DNA of 64,000 nucleotides from the human T2T-CHM13v2.0 reference genome, Homo sapiens, in NCBI RefSeq assembly GCF_009914755.1, contig NC_060933.1, one strand, 5' to 3'. Shown here piece after piece: positions 54,301-64,000 of the stretch (within the stretch, counting starts at the first letter, position 1; every line of letters starts with the position of its first letter). The position numbers and the translations under genes were made by a program. Under the pieces are notes generated by a model that worked only from the letters and a program-made list of their open reading frames with translations, was not told the origin of the DNA and did no database searches.

Positions 54301-57300
54301 AGAAACTTCTCTGTGATGTTTGCATTCAACTCATAGAGTTGAACACTTCCCTTCATACAGCAGGTTTGAAACACTCTTTTTGTAATATTTGGAAGTGGAC
54401 ATTTGCAGCGCTTTGAGGCCTATGTTGAAAAAGGAAATATCTTCTCCTAAAAACCAGACAGAAGCATTCTCAGAAACTTCCTTGTGATGTGTGTACTCAA
54501 GTAACAGACTTGAACCTTCCTTTTGACAGAGCAGTTTTGAAGCACTCTTTTTGTAGAATCTGCAAGTGGATATTTTGATACCTTTGAGGATTTCATTGGA
54601 CACGGGATATCTTCATATAAAATCTAGACAGAAGCATTCTCAGAAACTTCTTTGTGCTGTATGTCCTCAATTAACAGAGTTGAACCTTTGTGTGGATACA
54701 GCATTTTGGAAACATTCCTTTAGTAGAATCTGCAAGTTGATATTTAGATAGCTAGGAAGATTTCCTTGGAAACGGGAATATCTTCATATAAAATCTAGAC
54801 GGAAGCATTCTCAGAAAGTGCTTTGTGATGTTTGCATTCAAGTCACAGAGTTGAATATTCCCTTTTATAGAGCAGGTTTGAAACACTCTTTCTGCACTAC
54901 CTGGAAGTGGACATTTGGAGCGCTTTGAGGCCTATGTTGAAAAAGGAAATATCTTCCCATAAAAACTAGACAGAAGCATTCTCAGAAACTTGTTTGTGAT
55001 GTGTGTATTCAACTAACAGAGATGAACCTTTCTTTTTACAGAGCAGTTTTGAAACACTCTTTTTGTGGAATCTGAAAGTGGATATTTGGATAGCTTTGAG
55101 GATTTCGTTGGAAACGGGATTACATATAAAACCTAGAGAGAAGCATTCTCAGGAACTTCTTTGTGATGTTTGCCTTCAAGTCACAGGACTGAACATTCCC
55201 TTTCATAGAGCAGGTTTGAAACACTCTTTCTGTAGTATCTGCAAGCTGACGTTTCAAGCGCTTTCAGGCCTATGGTGAGAAAGGAAATATCTTCAAGTAA
55301 AAACTAGACAGAAGCATTCTCAGAAACTTATTTGCGATGTGTGTCCTCAACTAACAGAGTTGAACCTTTCTTTTGATACAACATTTTGGAAACACTCTTT
55401 TTGTGGAATCTGCAAGTGGATATTTGGATAGCTTTGAAGGTTTCGTTGGAAACGGGAATATCTTCATATAAAATCAAGACAGAAGCATTCTCAGAAACTT
55501 CTCTGTGATGTTTGCATTCAACTCATAGAGTTGAACACTTCCCTTCATACAGCAGGTTTGAAACACTCTTTTTGTAATATTTGGAAGTGGACATTTGCAG
55601 CGCTTTGAGGCCTATGATGAAAAAGGTAATATCTTCCCATAAAAACTAGACAGAAGCATTCTCAGAAACTTGTTTGTGATGTGTGTATTCAACTAACAGA
55701 GATGAACCTTTCTTTTTACAGAGCAGTTTTGAAACACTCTTTTTGTGGAATCTGAAAGTGGATATTTGGATAGCTTTGAGGATTTCGTTGGAAACGGGAT
55801 TACATATAAAACCTAGAGAGAAGCATTCTCAGGAACTTCTTTGTGATGTTTGCCTTCAAGTCACAGGACTGAACATTCCCTTTCATAGAGCAGGTTTGAA
55901 ACACTCTTTCTGTAGTATCTGCAAGCTGACGTTTCAAGCGCTTTCAGGCCTATGGTGAGAAAGGAAATATCTTCAAGTAAAAACTAGACAGAAGCATTCT
56001 CAGAAACTTATTTGCCATGTGTGTTCTCAACTAACAGAGTTGAACCTTTGTTTTGATACGGCATTTTGGAAACACTCTTTTTGTAGAATCTGCAGGTGGA
56101 TATTCGGATAGCTTTGAAGGTTTCGTTGGAAACGGGAATATCTTCATATAAAATCTTGACGGAAGCATTCTCAGAAACTGCTTTGTGATGTTTTCATTCA
56201 AGTCACAGAGTAGAATCTTCCCTGTTATATACCAGGTTTCAGACACTCTTTCTGCACTACCTGGAAGTGGACATTTGCAGCGCTTTGAGGCCTATGATGA
56301 AAAAGGAAATATCTTCCCATAAAAACTAGACAGAAGCATTCTCAGAAACTTGTTTGTGATGTGTGTATTCAACTAACAGAGATGAACCTTTCTTTTTACA
56401 GAGCAGTTTTGAAACACTCTTTTTGTGGAATCTGAAAGTGGATATTTGGATAGCTTTGAGGATTTCGTTGGAAACGGGATTACATATAAAATCTAGAGAG
56501 AAGCATTCTCAGGAACTTCTTTGTGATGTTTGCATTCACGTCACAGAACTGAACATTCCCTTTCATAGAGCATGTTTGAAACACTCTTTCTGTAGTATCT
56601 GCAAACGGACATTTCAAACGCTTTCAGGCCTATGGTGAGAAAGGAAATATCTTCAAATAAAAACTAGACAGAAACATTCTCAGAAACTTATTTGCGATGT
56701 GTGTCCTCAACTAACAGAGTTGAACCTTTCTTTTGATACAACATTTTGGAAACACTCTTTTTGTGGAATCTGCAAGTGGATATTTGGATAGCTTTGAAGG
56801 TTTCGTTGGAAACGGGAATATCTTCATATAAAATCAAGACAGAAGCATTCTCAGAAACTTCTCTGTGATGTTTGCATTCAACTCATAGAGTTGAACACTT
56901 CCCTTCATACAGCAGGTTTGAAACACTCTTTTTCTAATATTTGGAAGTGGACTTTTGCAGCGCTTTGAAGCCTATGATGAAAAAGGTAATATCTTCCCAT
57001 AAAAACTAGAAAGAAGCATTCTCAGAAACTTGTTTGTGATGTGTGTATTCAACTAACAGAGATGAACCTTTCTTTTTACAGAGCAGTTTTGAAGCACTCT
57101 TTTTGTAGAATCTGCAAGTGGATATTTTGATACCATTGAGGATTTCGTTGGACACGGGATATCTTCATATAAAATCTAGACAGAAGCATTCTCAGAAACT
57201 TCTTTGTGCTGTATGTCCTCAATTAACAGAGTTGAACCTTTGTGTGGATACAGCATTTTGGAAACATTCCTTTAGTAGAATCTGCAAGTTGATATTTAGA

Positions 57301-60300
57301 TAGCTAGGAAGAGTTCCTTGGAAACGGGAATATCTTCATATAAAATCTAGACGGAAGCATTCTCAGAAAGTGCTTTGTGATGTTTGCATTCAAGTCACAG
57401 AGTTGAATGTTCCCTTTTATAGAGCAGGTTTGAAACACTCTTTCTGCACTACCTGGAAGTGGACATTTGGAGCGCTTTGAGGCCTATGTTGAAAAAGGAA
57501 ATATCTTCCCATAAAAACTAGACAGAAGCATTCTCAGAAACTTGTTTGTGATGTGTGTATTCAACTAACAGAGATGAACCTTTCTTTTTACAGAGCAGTT
57601 TTGAAACACTCTTTTTGTGGAATCTGAAAGTGGATATTTGGATAGCTTTGAGGATTTCGTTGGAAACGGGATTACATATAAAACCTAGAGAGAAGCATTC
57701 TCAGGAACTTCTTTGTGATGTTTGCATTCAAGTCACAGAACTGAACATTCCCTTTCATAGAGCAGGTTTGAAACACTCTTTCTGTAGTATCTGCAAGCTG
57801 ACGTTTCAAGCGCTTTCAGGCCTATGGTGAGAAAGGAAATATCTTCAAGTAAAAACTAGACAGAAGCATTCTCAGAAACTTATTTGCGATGTGTGTTCTC
57901 AACTAACAGAGTTGAACCTTTGTTTTGATATGGCATTTTGGAAACACTCTTTTTGTAGAATCTGCAGGTGGATATTCGGATAGCTTTGAAGGTTTCGTTG
58001 GAAACGGGAATATCTTCATATAAAATCTAGACGGAAGCATTCTCAGAAACTGCTTTGTGATGTTTTCATTCAAGTCACAGAGTAGAATGTTCCCTGTTAT
58101 ATACCAGGTTTGAGACACTCTTTCTGCACTACCTGGAAGTGGACATTTGCAGCGCTTTGAGGCCTATGATGAAAAAGGAAATATCTTCCCATAAAAACTA
58201 GACAGAAGCATTCTCAGAAACTTGTTTGTGATGTGTGTATTCAACTAACAGAGATGAACCTTTCTTTTTACAGAGCAGTTTTGAAACACTCTTTTTGTGG
58301 AATCTGAAAGTGGATATTTGGATAGCTTTGAGGATTTCGTTGGAAACGGGATTACATATAAAATCTAGAGAGAAGCATTCTCAGGAACTTCTTTGTGATG
58401 TTTGCATTCACGTCACAGAACTGAACATTCCCTTTCATAGAGCATGTTTGAAACACTCTTTCTGTAGTATCTACAAACGGACATTTCAAACGCTTTCAGG
58501 CCTATGGTGAGAAAGGAAATATCTTCAAATAAAAACTAGACAGAAGCATTCTCAGAAACTTATTTGCGATGTGTGTCCTCAACTAACAGAGTTGAACCTT
58601 TCTTTTGATACAACATTTTGGAAACACTCTTTTTGTAGAATCTGCAAGTGGATATTTGCATAGCTTTGAAGGTTTCGTTGGAAACGGGAATATCTTCATA
58701 TAAAATCAAGACAGAAGCATTCTCAGAAACTTCTCTGTGATGTTTGCATTCAACTCATAGAGTTGAACACTTCCCTTCATACAGCAGGTTTGAAACACTC
58801 TTTTTGTAATATTTGGAAGTGGACATTTGCAGCGCTTTGAGGCCTATGTTGAAAAAGGAAATATCTTCTCCTAAAAACCAGACAGAAGCATTCTCAGAAA
58901 CTTCCTTGTGATGTGTGTACTCAAGTAACAGAGTTGAACCTTCCTTTTGACAGAGCAGTTTTGAAGCACTCTTTTTGTAGAATCTGCAAGTGGATATTTT
59001 GATACCTTTGAGGATTTCATTGGACACGGGATATCTTCTTATAAAATCTAGACAGAAGCATTCTCAGAAACTTCTTTGTGCTGTATGTCCTCAATTAACA
59101 GAGTTGAACCTTTGTGTGGATACAGCATTTTGGAAACATTCCTTTAGTAGAATCTGCAAGTTGATATTTAGATAGCTAGGAAGATTTCCTTGGAAACGGG
59201 AATATCTTCATATAAAATCTAGACGGAAGCATTCTCAGAAAGTGCTTTGTGATGTTTGCATTCAAGTCACAGAGTTGAATATTCCCTTTTATAGAGCAGG
59301 TTTGAAACACTCTTTCTGCACTACCTGGAAGTGGACATTTGGAGCGCTTTGAGGCCTATGTTGAAAAACGAAATATCATCCCATAAAAACTAGACAGAAG
59401 CATTCTCAGAAACTTGTTTGTGATGTGTGTATTCAACTAACAGAGATGAACCTTTCTTTTTACAGAGCAGTTTTGAAACACTCTTTTTGTGGAATCTGAA
59501 AGTGGATATTTGGATAGCTTTGAGGATTTCGTTGGAAACGGGATTACATATAAAACCTAGAGAGAAGCATTCTCAGGAACTTCTTTGTGATGTTTGCCTT
59601 CAAGTCACAGGACTGAACATTCCCTTTCATAGAGCAGGTTTGAAACACTCTTTCTGTAGTATCTGCAAGCTGACGTTTCAAGCGCTTTCAGGCCTATGGT
59701 GAGAAAGGAAATATCTTCAAGTAAAAACTAGACAGAAGCATTCTCAGAAACTTATTTGCCATGTGTGTTCTCAACTAACAGAGTTGAACCTTTGTTTTGA
59801 TACGGCATTTTGGAAACACTCTTTTTGTAGAATCTGCAGGTGGATATTCGGATAGCTTTGAAGGTTTCGTTGGAAACGGGAATATCTTCATATAAAATCT
59901 TGACGGAAGCATTCTCAGAAACTGCTTTGTGATGTTTTCATTCAAGTCACAGAGTAGAATCTTCCCTGTTATATACCAGGTTTCAGACACTCTTTCTGCA
60001 CTACCTGGAAGTGGACATTTGCAGCGCTTTGAGGCCTATGATGAAAAAGGAAATATCTTCCCATAAAAACTAGACAGAAGCATTCTCAGAAACTTGTTTG
60101 TGATGTGTGTATTCAACTAACAGAGATGAACCTTTCTTTTTACAGAGCAGTTTTGAAACACTCTTTTTGTGGAATCTGAAAGTGGATATTTAGATAGCTT
60201 TGAGGATTTCGTTGGAAACGGGATTACATATAAAATCTAGAGAGAAGCATTCTCAGGAACTTCTTTGTGATGTTTGCATTCACGTCACAGAACTGAACAT

Positions 60301-63300
60301 TCCCTTTCATAGAGCATGTTTGAAACACTCTTTCTGTAGTATCTGCAAACGGACATTTCAAACGCTTTCAGGCCTATGGTGAGAAAGGAAATATCTTCAA
60401 ATAAAAACTAGACAGAAGCATTCTCAGAAACTTATTTGCGATGTGTGTCCTCAACTAACAGAGTTGAACCTTTCTTTTGATACAACATTTTGGAAACACT
60501 CTTTTTGTGGAATCTGCAAGTGGATATTTGGATAGCTTTGAAGGTTTCGTTGGAAACGGGAATATCTTCATATAAAATCAAGACAGAAGCATTCTCAGAA
60601 ACTTCTCTGTGATGTTTGCATTCAACTCATAGAGTTGAACACTTCCCTTCATACAGCAGGTTTGAAACACTCTTTTTGTAATATTTGGAAGTGGACATTT
60701 GCAGCGCTTTGAGGCCTATGATGAAAAAGGTAATATCTTCCCATAAAAACTAGACAGAAGCATTCTCAGAAACTTGTTTGTGATGTGTGTATTCAACTAA
60801 CAGAGATGAACCTTTCTTTTTACAGAGCAGTTTTGAAACACTCTTTTTGTGGAATCTGAAAGTGGATATTTGGATAGCTTTGCGGATTTCGTTGGAAACG
60901 GGATTACATATAAAATCTAGGGAGAAGCATTCTCAGGAACTTCTTTGTGATGTTTGCATTCAAGTCACAGAACTGAACATTCCCTTTCATAGAGCAGGTT
61001 TGAAACACTCTTTCTGTAGTATCTGCAAGCGGACGTTTTAAGCGCTTTCAGGCCTGTGGTGAGAAAGGAAATATCTTCAAATAAAAACTAGACAGAAGCA
61101 TTCTCAGAAACTTATTTGCGATGTGTGTCCTCAACTAACAGAGTTGAACCTTTCTTTTGATACAACATTTTGGAAACACTCTTTTTGTAGAATCTGCAAG
61201 TGGATATTTGGATAGCTTTGAAGGTTTCGTTGGAAACGGGAATATCTTCATATGAAATCAAGACAGAAGCATTCTCAGAAACTTCTCTGTGATGTTTGCA
61301 TTCAACTCATAGAGTTGAACACTTCTCTTCATACAGCAGGTTTGAAACACTCTTTTTCTAATATTTGGAAGTGGACATTTGCAGCGCTTTGAGGCCTATG
61401 TTGAAAAAGGAAATATCTTCTCCTAAAAACCAGACAGAAGCATTCTCAGAAACTTCCTTGTGATGTGTGTACTCAAGTAACAGAGTTGAACCTTCCTTTT
61501 GACAGAGCAGTTTTGAAGCACTCTTTTTGTAGAATCTGCAAGTGGATATTTTGATACCATTGAGGATTTCGTTGGACACGGGATATCTTCATATAAAATC
61601 TAGACAGAAGCATTCTCAGAAACTTCTTTGTGCTGTATGTCCTCAATTAACAGAGTTGAACCTTTGTGTGGATACAGCATTTTGGAAACATTCCTTTAGT
61701 AGAATCTGCAAGTTGATATTTAGATAGCTAGGAAGAGTTCCTTGGAAACGGGAATATCTTCATATAAAATCTAGACGGAAGCATTCTCAGAAAGTGCTTT
61801 GTGATGTTTGCATTCAAGTCACAGAGTTGAATGTTCCCTTTTATAGAGCAGGTTTGAAACACTCTTTCTGCACTACCTGGAAGTGGACATTTGGAGCGCT
61901 TTGAGGCCTATGTTGAAAAAGGAAATATCTTCCCATAAAAACTAGACAGAAGCATTCTCAGAAACTTGTTTGTGATGTGTGTATTCAACTAACAGAGATG
62001 AACCTTTCTTTTTACAGAGCAGTTTTGAAACACTCTTTTTGTGGAATCTGAAAGTGGATATTTGGATAGCTTTGAGGATTTCGTTGGAAACGGGATTACA
62101 TATAAAACCTAGAGAGAAGCATTCTCAGGAACTTCTTTGTGATGTTTGCATTCAAGTCACAGAACTGAACATTCCCTTTCATAGAGCAGGTTTGAAACAC
62201 TCTTTCTGTAGTATCTGCAAGCTGACGTTTCAAGCGCTTTCAGGCCTATGGTGAGAAAGGAAATATCTTCAAGTAAAAACTAGACAGAAGCATTCTCAGA
62301 AACTTATTTGCGATGTGTGTTCTCAACTAACAGAGTTGAACCTTTGTTTTGATATGGCATTTTGGAAACACTCTTTTTGTAGAATCTGCAGGTGGATATT
62401 CGGATAGCTTTGAAGGTTTCGTTGGAAACGGGAATATCTTCATATAAAATCTAGACGGAAGCATTCTCAGAAACTGCTTTGTGATGTTTTCATTCAAGTC
62501 ACAGAGTACAATGTTCCCTGTTATATACCAGGTTTGAGACACTCTTTCTGCACTACCTGGAAGTGGACATTTGCAGCGCTTTGAGGCCTATGATGAAAAA
62601 GGAAATATCTTCCCATAAAAACTAGACAGAAGCATTCTCAGAAACTTGTTTGTGATGTGTGTATTCAACTAACAGAGATGAACCTTTCTTTTTACAGAGC
62701 AGTTTTGAAACACTCTTTTTGTGGAATCTGAAAGTGGATATTTGGATAGCTTTGAGGATTTCGTTGGAAACGGGATTACATATAAAATCTAGAGAGAAGC
62801 ATTCTCAGGAACTTCTTTGTGATGTTTGCATTCACGTCACAGAACTGAACATTCCCTTTCATAGAGCATGTTTGAAACACTCTTTCTGTAGTATCTACAA
62901 ACGGACATTTCAAACGCTTTCAGGCCTATGGTGAGAAAGGAAATATCTTCAAATAAAAACTAGACAGAAGCATTCTCAGAAACTTATTTGCGATGTGTGT
63001 CCTCAACTAACAGAGTTGAACCTTTCTTTTGATACATTTTGGAAACACTCTTTTTGTAGAATCTGCAAGTGGATATTTGAATAGCTTTGAAGGTTTCGTT
63101 GGAAACGGGAATATCTTCATATAAAATCAAGACAGAAGCATTCTCAGAAACTTCTCTGTGATGTTTGCATTCAACTCATAGAGTTGAACACTTCCCTTCA
63201 TACAGCAGGTTTGAAACACTCTTTTTGTAACATTTGGAAGTGGACATTTGCAGCGCTTTGAGGCCTATGTTGAAAAAGGAAATATCTTCTCCTAAAAACC

Positions 63301-64000
63301 AGACAGAAGCATTCTCAGAAACTTCCTTGTGATGTGTGTACTCAAGTAACAGAGTTGAACCTTCCTTTTGACAGAGCAGTTTTGAAGCACTCTTTTTGTA
63401 GAATCTGCAAGTGGATATTTTGATACCTTTGAGGATTTCGTTGGACACGGGATATCTTCATATAAAATCTAGACAGAAGCATTCTCAGAAACTTCTTTGT
63501 GCTGTATGTCCTCAATTAACAGAGTTGAACCTTTGTGTGGATACAGCATTTTGGAAACATTCCTTTAGTAGAATCTGCAAGTTGATATTTAGATAGCTAG
63601 GAAGATTTCCTTGGAAACGGGAATATCTTCATATAAAATCTAGACGGAAGCATTCTCAGAAAGTGCTTTGTGATGTTTGCATTCAAGTCACAGAGTTGAA
63701 TATTCCCTTTTATAGAGCAGGTTTGAAACACTCTTTCTGCACTACCTGGAAGTGGACATTTGGAGCGCTTTGAGGCCTATGTTGAAAAAGGAAATATCTT
63801 CCCATAAAAACTAGACAGAAGCATTCTCAGAAACTTGTTTGTGATGTGTGTATTCAACTAACAGAGATGAACCTTTCTTTTTACAGAGCAGTTTTGAAAC
63901 ACTCTTTTTGTGGAATCTGAAAGTGGATATTTGGATAGCTTTGAGGATTTCGTTGGAAACGGGATTACATATAAAACCTAGAGAGAAGCATTCTCAGGAA

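Larger units (their letters stand above)
1..64000 (+). repeat. Centromeric alpha-satellite HOR array (dimeric A/B, SF2-like), homogeneous live-type array
   Basis: The motif (a/g)gaagcattctcag recurs at 13, 184, 355, 522, 693 and onward (171/171/167/171 bp) through the whole window. CENP-B boxes TTTCGTTGGAAACGGGA alternate with pJ-alpha-type CTATGGTGAGAAAGGAA / CTATG(T/A)TGAAAAAGGAA. HOR copies differ by only scattered SNVs, and all are in one orientation. Confidence 0.99.
1..64000 (+). repeat. Probable human chromosome 4 D4Z1 (S2C4H1L) array; alternative is the related chr9 D9Z4
   Basis: The full-length unit is a 3232-bp 19-mer (trimer plus four distinguishable tetramers) with 2552-bp and 1872-bp variants, matching the recalled D4Z1 19-mer size. 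No 1192-bp 7-mer was seen. Inference from unit lengths; no database search was run. Confidence 0.65.

Noticed and set aside
54-63596. Recurrent 60-91 aa ORFs (MYSTNRDEPF.., MSQTWYIT.., MSNEILKG.., MDILIPLR..)
   Set aside because: These are chance reading frames in alpha satellite that recur with the repeat period. They generally begin at GTG/TTG, resemble no recognisable protein family, and are freely broken by SNVs.
1-64000. CRISPR-like array of the recurring AGACAGAAGCATTCTCAGAAACT motif
   Set aside because: The intervening sequences are homologous monomer bodies rather than unique spacers, the period is ~171 bp, and there are no cas genes.
1-64000. Transposon insertion (L1/Alu) or inversion within the array
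   Set aside because: All marker spacings are explained by 512+680n (plus +1, -3 and +171). No poly-A tails, foreign sequence or reverse-strand monomers were seen.
1-64000. Assignment to other SF2 arrays with 11/15-mers (D8Z2, D15Z3, D13Z1/D21Z1)
   Set aside because: Judged less likely because the 3232-bp 19-mer with near-identical 680-bp tetramers fits the chr4/chr9 type better. Not formally excluded without an HMM or BLAST search.

Overview
The whole 64-kb window is one uninterrupted, single-orientation array of primate (very likely human) centromeric alpha-satellite DNA. Its ~171-bp monomers alternate between CENP-B-box (B) and pJ-alpha (A) types, which fits a dimeric suprachromosomal-family-2-like array. 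The higher-order repeat (HOR) is built as a 512-bp trimer (170+171+171) plus n copies of a 680-bp tetramer (167+171+171+171). Spacing of the trimer-specific marker gives 27 complete units: 12 11-mers (1872 bp, two of them 1869), 12 15-mers (2552 bp), two 19-mers (3232/3233 bp) and one 12-mer (2043 bp). A 3232-bp 19-mer is best matched by the chromosome 4 D4Z1 (S2C4H1L) live array; this comes from recall, not a search, and the related chr9 D9Z4 is the main alternative. There are no genes, transposons, inversions or CRISPR arrays, and all listed ORFs are repeat artefacts. The interesting signal is the layered evolutionary structure: several independently derived 11-mers, an A/B alternation of HOR haplotypes after 29.8 kb, an ~8.17-kb super-HOR, shared-variant blocks at 6976, 11400, 19565 and 22800 bp offsets, a parity-breaking extra monomer with clustered private SNVs, and recurrent CENP-B box losses. 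I see no evidence for a new protein-coding system.
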